DNA of 64,000 nucleotides from Octopus vulgaris (lineage: Eukaryota). The first letter of the stretch is position 1; the number at the start of each line of letters is the position of its first letter. Location: NCBI GenBank assembly GCA_951406725.2, contig OX597825.1:58838001-58902000 (forward strand), given 5' to 3'. Both the position numbers and the translations under genes were made by a program. Positions 55,686 to 64,000 of the stretch are shown here, piece by piece. Below the pieces are notes generated by a model, which was not told the origin of the DNA, made no database searches, and saw only the letters and a program-made list of their open reading frames with translations.

Positions 55686-55830
55686 CTAAAATGGGAAATC
55701 CATCCAACACAGCTTTATTATCAAATATTTCATACAGCCACAAGGATAGTGCAGAAAATTAGCAATCAACTGAACTTGTTACAATATATTTACCAGTAAT
55801 TAACCATGAATGAGATGTGCTAAGTTAAAA

Positions 55831-56166
55831 CTGGTTCTCAACAATTTTTCACATATGGGCCTCTTTAATTACTATTTTATGCTGGTGGCTCCCCACAGCC
55901 ATTTGATGTTTTAGAAACTAGTTTTATAGATTTTTCTTTCAAAATTTCTATTTTGTTTTTCACATGTTTATTTGCATATGTTAGCAAGAAACATGCTGAG
56001 CTATGTTAAGTGTTAGATAAAGAAACCTAGCTGTTACTTGAAATAAATATATCTTAAGCAAAATTTTTTCATGGACCCTTAAAATAATACTGTGGGTCCC
56101 CAAATTACTATTTTGCTTGTGTGGACCCACCAAAATCTTATATGAACCTCGGTTGAGAACCTCTGA
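55831..56166. mobile_element. hAT-like MITE (related copies about 24072-24433, 49035-49380, 57791-58283)
   Basis: CAGTG(G/T)TTCTCAACC...GGTTGAGAACC-type termini and shared ATGGACCCC motifs. Confidence 0.6.
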
Positions 56167-56779
56167 GTTAAAAAAACAGGATGCTAGAAATAACATTTTC
56201 TATTGAAATTGGGATCGCATTGTACCTGCACATTACCAAACTACAATCAACACAACATATTTTAATAACAGCACTGTACCTTCACACATACACTAACTCA
56301 TAGACTGCACCTATTTCTTTACTACCCACAAGGGGCTAAACACAGAGGAGACAAACAGATTAAGTCAATTATATCGACCCCAGTGCGTAACTGGTACTTA
56401 ATTTATCGACCCCGAAAGGATGAAAGACAAAGTCGACCTCGGCGGAATTTGAACTCAGAACGTAACGGCAGACGAAATACTGCTCAGCATTTCGCCCGGC
56501 GTGCTAACGTCTCTGTACCTTCACACATACACTAATTCATAGACTGCACCACCACACAACAGACTCAGTTACACTGCACCCCCACACAACATAATGGGGT
56601 GTACCACATGGTACCTAGATCAGACTGGATTAAGATATAGCAGGACACTTGAGATGTAGATTGTTTCTGGATGTTTGATTGGCAATCTCTATGCTGAAAC
56701 AAGTCAACTGGGGATTGGCTGGGAATAAACAACAACTATAACCCTGCAATAACAACAACAACAACATGCGTACACCTAC

Positions 56780-56865
56780 GTGCTTTAGGCTTTGATGACT
56801 TCTCTCCTGGCAGTGATGATTTATCTTTCTCTACTTTCTTGACAGCTTTAGTTTTCCGAGAGCCT
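56780..56865 (-). CDS. MORF4L1: MRG15 exon 5 (GSRKTKAVKKVEKDKSSLPGEKSSKPKA), basic linker
   Basis: tag/gtaggt; phase 2 in, phase 1 out, fitting both neighbours. Confidence 0.8.
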
Positions 56866-59462
56866 CTACAATGGAACATTGATAGACATGGTTACAAGAT
56901 TTACTGAAGGACAGCGTATGTGGTTAGGGTACATAAATACACGTAAAAGTGCGGATGTCTTGTTGATAATTTGTGTGCTTGTATGAGAATGGATGCGAGA
57001 ATGTGTTAACAGATGTGTATGAGAGGATACATTTACTGGTGATCATCTGTCATTATCATCATCATCATCATGTTTTCTTATTCAATTCAGTTTATTGTAA
57101 TTATTGAGTAATAGATTGACAGAGTTGTTAACACAAAAGGTAGAATGGTTAGCGGCATTTGTTCTGACATTCTGCACTCCAAGTTCAAAGCACCAGTCAT
57201 GTCCTGGGGGTTAATTCTTCTTTCTCTCTCTCTTTCTTATTCGATGAAATCAGCTCTGGTCAAACTTGAAGAGGGACAGACTCCACCATGTTTAAATACC
57301 CAAAAGATGCTATATGTGACAACGTAACACTAATGAGTTTGAAAGCATTAAAGGCTCAAGGAAAAGCAAGACATTTATATATAAATGTACTAAAAAGTGG
57401 ACTCTTGTTCAAACACAAATGTCCATATACATCTACAGCCTCATCAATGGCTAAGGACAGTATTTGTGTGTGATGACTCGGGGTTTAAAACAAAAAAAAA
57501 ATTTAAACTCTTTTTCTTCCTAAGTCAGTCAGGGTCAGAACCCATGAACTTTATAGGCCTGTGCAGACCAGCAAGAATGATGTGCCAGTAGATCTGCAGG
57601 AAAAACAGAGGAGATGAGGGATGGACCCGAATCAATCAGTTGCACATACCAATGTATCAGATCATAGTAAGATGATCAGCCAGTAGTTAGTACAATGGTT
57701 GGTGCAGTGGCTATGACTACTATCTGAGATAATGCTGAAGGAGTCCTACAGTGGTTTTCTGGGCAGGAGTAGAACACCTTCCATTCAGACCAGTGTTTCT
57801 CAACCATTTTTTTTTACCTATGGACCCCTTTGATTCCTATTTCATTTGGCTGGATCCTTCTAGCAATTTGATGCCACATAAAAAGCATCCAGTCCACACT
57901 GTGAAGTGGTTGGCATTTGGAAAGGCATCCAGCTGTAAAAACCATGTCAAAATTGACCTCGCCTGTGCTGGTGCTACATAAAAAGCATACAGTCCACTCT
58001 GTGAGGTGGTTGGTGTTAGGAAGGGCCTCCAGCTGTAAAAACCATGCCAAAACAGACACAGTAGCCTGGTGTAGTCTTCTACCTGGTTGGCTCCTGTCAA
58101 ACTGTCCAACCTATGCCAGCATGGAAGATGAACATTAAGGATGATGATGAGCTAAATATTATTGGGAACTGTCTGAAAAAAATTGTTAAAATATTTTGTG
58201 CTTGTAAAGAAGTATAACCAATTTATCACAGTTAAATTTATTTTATCAACAAAATCTAATATAGACACTGGTTGAGAACCGTTGACTTAGACAGTCAATC
58301 TAAAACAAAACCCCCTTGGAAAATGAGAAGTGGGAACATACCATTATAAGGTTGCATAGCTTTTCTTTCATCAATAATGTCATCTTCTGCATCATTTAAT
58401 GTCTGTCTTCTATGTTGGTAAAAGTGGGATGGTTTGAAAGGATCTAACGAAACAGAGGACTACACTGAGTTTCAATGTCTGCTTTGACATACTTTCTATG
58501 GTCGGATGGCCTTCCTAATGCCAACCATTTTACAGAGTGTACAGAATATTCTTTTCGTGGAACTTGCACTAGTGAGGTCACCGATTAATTCGCAAGACCT
58601 CCTTGACTAAGTACGGTTGTAGTAGAGGGGGAGGTGGTTTTATACCAGGTAGTGAAAGTATTATAGAAGAACAGGAACAGGTATCTTGTAATAGAAGAGA
58701 TACGTGGCTGCCTTGCATTATGGGAGTAGCCAAAAAGAAAACAAAGATGACAATGTTGAGGAGTTGTAACATACTCTCAAGGTATAGGAAAATAACTTTA
58801 AGGGAGGATCAGGAAGGGTGATTGGATAAATTCCTTAACCATTTAGCATTTAAATTACTTTGTCAAAATGGCTTATTAATTCACATTTTTAAAAATTGAA
58901 ATTGTATTATCATGTAGTTTAGAGATTTTGAAGATGTGATTGTTTATTTTTAGAATAATATTGCAGGTTAGGTGTGAGATGCTGGATCTGGCCAGTTTGA
59001 ACATAAAACAAGCAGAATATTTTGGCTGGATATGGTGGGTTTAAGTGCTAAAGGGTAAAAGCATGAGTAGGGATTGTCTGAAGGTTAGAGATGCAGGTAG
59101 AGGTAAATGTAGTAAATGGCACTGTGGATGTAGTATGGTCCATGGTAAATATCAGTATAAAGGAGGGAACTGAAAGGTATAGAAGTGGCTCAGGAAGAGG
59201 ATGACATGTGCACAGGGCAGGGGTGGGGGTCAGTGAGAGAAAGATGTACAGTGACAGAGATGGATGTTAGAGATATATAGGGGTAGCTATAGTGACTAAA
59301 GGCCAGGGTAACTGTCTGTGGTAAATACGAGATGGTGTTGAGAATGATAACAGATATGAGAGTGGAAAAGTAAATTCTGTAACATGTGAAGAATTTCAAG
59401 TTAAAAGAATTGTTAAAAAGAGATAAGAAAAATAATAATATTGAAGTTAAAATATATCTCAC

Positions 59463-59549
59463 GCGTGAGCTTTCTGTAGTTCTTTTTGCTTCTGTAAACC
59501 AGCATCGTTAAACTTCAAAACTCTGCACTCAGGCACCCATTCATCCCAG
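59463..59549 (-). CDS. MORF4L1: MRG15 exon 4 (WDEWVPECRVLKFNDAGLQKQKELQKAH)
   Basis: 87-nt exon, tag/gtgag, WDEWVPE.RVLK motif. Confidence 0.95.
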
Positions 59550-61160
59550 CTAGAAGATAGAAAAACAAACAAACATAAAGCAAAATATAAAAGATTAATT
59601 AAAGAAATCGAAATAAGTTCAGGAGATATAATTTAAAGACTTAATTAAATATAGTTATAAAGAAATTACTACTATCATCATTAATTCTGCAATGACTTTT
59701 CATTGTGGATATTTTTTAATGAAACAATGTCAGCAAGAATAAAAAGTGTAGGCATAAAGAGGATATAAAGAATATATAAAGCCACCATTGTTGATTTAAC
59801 TCTTTCATTATTGTATTTATTTTGAGATGCTCTGTGTTTTTTCAATTACTTTAAATATAACAAAAAATTTACTAAAATAACTTAGTTATCATTCAGCTAG
59901 TGTTAGGGAACATAATTTGTGACTAAGGTTTAGTGGAAGATTTTAATTCAAAACTAATGAAAACAAGACATTTGTACTATAGAGCCAGAGGCAGTTTCAG
60001 CCGGGTTGGTAACAAAAGGGTTAAAGTCCAGTTTTCCATGCTTGTATGAGGCAGATTCAATTCCATAATGCATTTTCATTAACTGCACAAATTAATTGGC
60101 TACTCCTCACCAAAACATATGCACATGTTTATACATATATGTACATGTGCACATATATATATATATGCGCAGGACGAGAGAGGCAGCTGAAAGCACCTTT
60201 TGTTGGCTTTGGAGTAAGAGGGAGGAGTTAAGCTGGAAGCAAGGAGGAGGTGAGGAGTAGTGATTTAGCCACCTCTACTGACCCACCAATGGGACAGTGT
60301 TATGGTTCAGGGTCGAAACACCCAATGAATGTTGGATATCGTCTGATGACATCAGTTCCTCCTGGCCAAAGCTCTATTCACTTTGGTGAGAGCAAAAAGC
60401 ATCTTCTTCAAAGTATTAACATCATCATCATCATTTAACATCCATTGTCCATGCTGGCAAGGGTTGGACTGACATTATATATATAATAAACAAATAAAAA
60501 AACGAAAAAAACAAACAAACATGAGGACGTGCACAACCAATGTATTAGACTGACGTTTGGTGAAAGGAGAGTGTTTGACGTTTCAAGCATAGCTCTTCAT
60601 CGGAAAGGAGAAAGGGAAAAGGGAAAAGATGAAAAAGTAATTGCCAACGGTAAACAGTTACATTGCTGACACAAATGCATGTATATTGTATTATTTTTAT
60701 GCTGGCATAAATTGTAATTTTTGATAGGATCCAATGGATCAGAGGTGCAGGATTTGTTCCAGTGTCACAGTTTTGGTATGATTTCTATGTGTGGATGCCC
60801 TTCCTAACGCCAACCATTTTACTGAGTACACTGGGTGCATTTTTCATGACACCAGCACTAGTGAGGTTTTCTTGCATATGACAGGCTTCCACACATCTAA
60901 ATTTTATTCCCAAAGAAGGCACTGTGGTCAGCCTAAGGCTATCATAACAAATGAGACTGTGTACAAGGTGCCACACACAGGGACCAAACTCAGAGCCATA
61001 CCCTCGCAAAGGAAACCTCTTATACATGACCATGCTGCCTGCACTGGAAAATAAAAGAAAGACACTAAAAGCTTGTCCTCACAAAAGATTTCTAACGAAA
61101 ACAGGATTGTAAAAGAAATAAAGGGATAAATGGAATTGTTTGAATAAAAGAAGAACTCAC

Positions 61161-61228
61161 TTCTTATTCCATCCATTGTAATGAATGAAATATCGGATAA
61201 TTTTCTCTTTAACATCGTATTTGACACA
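61161..61228 (-). CDS. MORF4L1: MRG15 exon 3 (CVKYDVKEKIIRYFIHYNGWNK)
   Basis: 68-nt exon, cag/gtgagt, YFIHY.GWNK motif. Confidence 0.95.
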
Positions 61229-61350
61229 CTGAAAGAAAGAGAGAGTGTAATTTAATTGCAGTCAATTAGATAAAAGACTTTGGTACAAATCACATACAGA
61301 TAGGCAAAGGGAGACAGATATAATGAGAGGTAGACAGATCAATAAATATA

Positions 61351-61383
<33 letters not shown>

Positions 61384-61624
61384 TGAGAAAATAGATAATT
61401 AGAGAGAGATCAATAGATATGCTGAGAAACAGAGAGACAGACCATCAGAGATGTCAATAAATAGATATGTTGAGAAACAGATAGACAGATCAATAGATAT
61501 ACCAACAGACAGATAAATAAATAGACCCCATACATATATGGAAGGATAATAAACAGATAGGCAGATGAATAGATGAGTGGATGAATAGTCACATTGAAAG
61601 TTAAATAGGCAGACAGATAAATAT

Positions 61625-61655
<31 letters not shown>

Positions 61656-61762
61656 CTGCCACATCTGACTGGCCTGGTGCAGCCTTCGGGCTTCCCAGAC
61701 CCCAGTTGAACCGTCCAACCCATGCTAGCATGGAAAGCGGACGTTAAACGATGATGATGATG

Positions 61763-61793
<31 letters not shown>

Positions 61794-62169
61794 CAAAGGT
61801 AGACAGGAAAGCAGATTGAAAAATAGACATCTTTTATCTTTTACTTGTTTCAGTCATGAAGAACTTTTAGTGAGATGATTTGGCCCCTGTACTTATTTTT
61901 TAAAGCCTGATACTTATTCCATCAGTCTATTTTGCTGAACCACTAAGTTACAGGGGCATAAACACACCAACACTGGTTGTCAAGCAGTGCTGGAAGACAA
62001 ACAAAGATACAAAGACACACACACACATATATATATTAATATCATCATCATCATTTAACATGTTTTCCATGCTGGCATGGCTTGGAGAGTTTGTCAGGAG
62101 CTATCAAAATTTCATGATAAATTATGTTCCAAACACCAGCTTAATAAGCACGAAGTTATTTTATTAAAT

Positions 62170-62628
62170 ACTGGCATCCGTGCTAGTGGAGTGCTAAGAG
62201 CACCATCCGAGTGTGATCGTTGCCAGAGCAGCTAACTGGCTTTCGTGCAGGTGGCACATAAAAAGCAACATTCGAACGTGTTTGTTACTAGCGTCACCTT
62301 ACTCGCACTTGTAAAAAAGGCACATGAAAAAAACATTCGAGCGAGGTCGTTGCCAGTGCCACTGGACTGGCTCCTGTGCAGGTGGCACGTAAAAAACACC
62401 ATTTGAGCGTGGCCGTTGCCAGTACCACCTGACTGGCCCGCGTGCTGGTTGTACGTAAAAGCACCCACTACACTCTTAGAGTGGTTGGCGTTAGGAAGGG
62501 CATCCAGATGTAGAAACTCTGCCAGATCAGATTGGAGTCTGGTGCAGCCATCTGGTTTGCCAGTCCTCAGTTAAATCGTCCAACCCATGCTAGCATGGAA
62601 AGCTGACATTAAACGATGATGATGATGA
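62170..62628 (+). mobile_element. Nin-type SINE/short retroposon with (GAT)n tail and internal tandem subrepeats (other copies 14100-14280, 31965-32158)
   Basis: GGTTGGCGTTAGGAAGGGCATCC block; CATGC.AGCATGGAAA....ACGTTAAACGATGATGATG 3' end. Confidence 0.65.
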
Positions 62629-62979
62629 CTTGGCAGTGTATTTTATTAGGAACATTGCAACAAAGGGGTTAAGGCTGATTACTTAACATACTAACATCCA
62701 GACCCAAAAAGCTTTCTATGTCAATCCAATGAGTGGACTAAGCACAATATCAGTTGACTTGTTACACAATAACAAGCAAGTTTTCATCAAATAGAATCCT
62801 ACCAGCTTCTAAATAAATGAATAAACAAAAGAAAGGAGGATGCAATAGAGTGTAATCTGAGATATGGCACAAGGTCAGAATAACAGTTATGATCATAGGC
62901 CTTTTGATTTGTGTTGGTTAGAGTGAGAACAGCAAAAATAGATCATAAAGAAAACACAGAAGAGAAACAAAACCAAGAA

Positions 62980-63198
62980 TGAGGGGGTGCTGAAATGTTT
63001 CTGACTTTTAGGGTATTGAGAAAGGCCTGGTTGGAGGCCCAATCTTCTGAGTTCTTTTAGAGGGCTTAGAAAAACTGAAGGATCCCTGCAATAAGTGTGT
63101 GAAAGTGAGAGGGGAATGTGCTGAATAAAATCATAATTAACTGATCCGCCTGTATTTCTTTTATCTAAAGCCAGGAACTTTTCAGTATCCCTTTGTAT
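62980..63198. mobile_element. mariner-derived MITE (second copy about 25307-25500)
   Basis: GAGGGGGTGCTGAAA.. / ..CTTTTCAGTATCCCT termini and a shared interior. Confidence 0.6.
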
Positions 63199-63530
63199 GT
63201 ATACCATATTTCCCAGAATACAAGTTGAATTCTTGAGACCAAAATATACAGCCAAAAAAAATATAGGTTGACTTATACACCAAGACAACTTTAGGGGATC
63301 GAATATTCCATGTGAAATACAGCAAGATTTGGAAAGACAGTGATGCTGTTTGAATGTTCACAGTATATACTGTGCCAACTTGTATGCCAGAAATTATGGT
63401 ATACTAAGACATGAAAAGGAAACTTCAAGCTAGACAAGAAGAAAATTATATGATGCAACAAAAGAAGAAACTAGACATTAAGTGAAGATTAAATTACATT
63501 ATAGAGCAAGAGAAAATTTGAAGGACTTAC

Positions 63531-63577
63531 TTTGGCTTCATATAATAATGGTCCATGGAAACAGAGAACACGCTCTC
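63531..63577 (-). CDS. MORF4L1: MRG15/MORF4L1 exon 2 (GERVLCFHGPLLYEAK), chromo-barrel domain
   Basis: 47-nt exon with cag/gtaagt; peptide matches the MRG15 N-terminal chromodomain. Confidence 0.95.
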
Positions 63578-64000
63578 CTGAAAAGGGAAATAGTTTTGAG
63601 AGACTGAGCATGAAAGTTGAAAAAAAAAATAATAGTAATAATAATCCTTTCTACTAAAAACACAAGGCCTGAAATTTTTTGTGGAGGGTATTAGCTGATT
63701 ACATCAACCTCAGTGTTTCACTGGTACTTAATCTATCGACCCCAAAAGGATGAAAGCAAAGTCGACAGCATCATAACTATTCCTTCCCCTACCACACCTC
63801 ATTAACACTTCTCTCTCTCTCTCTTTTCCTTTCTCTCTCACTCTTTGCTTTTCTCTTCCATTAGTCACATAACGGTGTAACACATTTCGGCCTTAGTGTA
63901 TTAATGTATAAATTCTTCCAACAATAAAAACAAGGACTGAAATTGGAAGGAAGTGGGCAGTTCCAGTCAATTACATCAATCCCAGTGCTTAACCAGTAGG

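Overview
AT-rich eukaryotic genomic DNA dense in microsatellites and SINEs. The SINE families (tRNA/CORE-type, Meta-domain, Nin-type with RTE-like tails) suggest an octopus/coleoid cephalopod; this is inference. Two spliced protein-coding genes can be reconstructed by hand. (1) MRG15/MORF4L1 on the minus strand: 12 coding exons from 63577 to the stop at 39709, with exon 1 beyond the window. It includes an apparently lineage-specific 255-nt phase-0/0 exon (53593-53847). (2) A four-TM TMEM272-like gene on the plus strand (exons 2625-2693, 3727-3948, 5934-6178). The rest is transposon relics (Penelope, R4/Dong, RTE/BovB, mariner, hAT), MITEs and simple repeats. Most notable observations: several Penelope-type minimal hammerhead ribozyme motifs, one sense-oriented in the MRG15 intron next to the extra exon; inverted transposon pairs that could fold the MRG15 pre-mRNA; a diverged tandem duplicate in a repeat-free island at 8.9-9.5 kb; and a low-confidence frame-consistent exon chain at 17.2-10.6 kb. 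Most entries in the ORF track are microsatellite or SINE artefacts.
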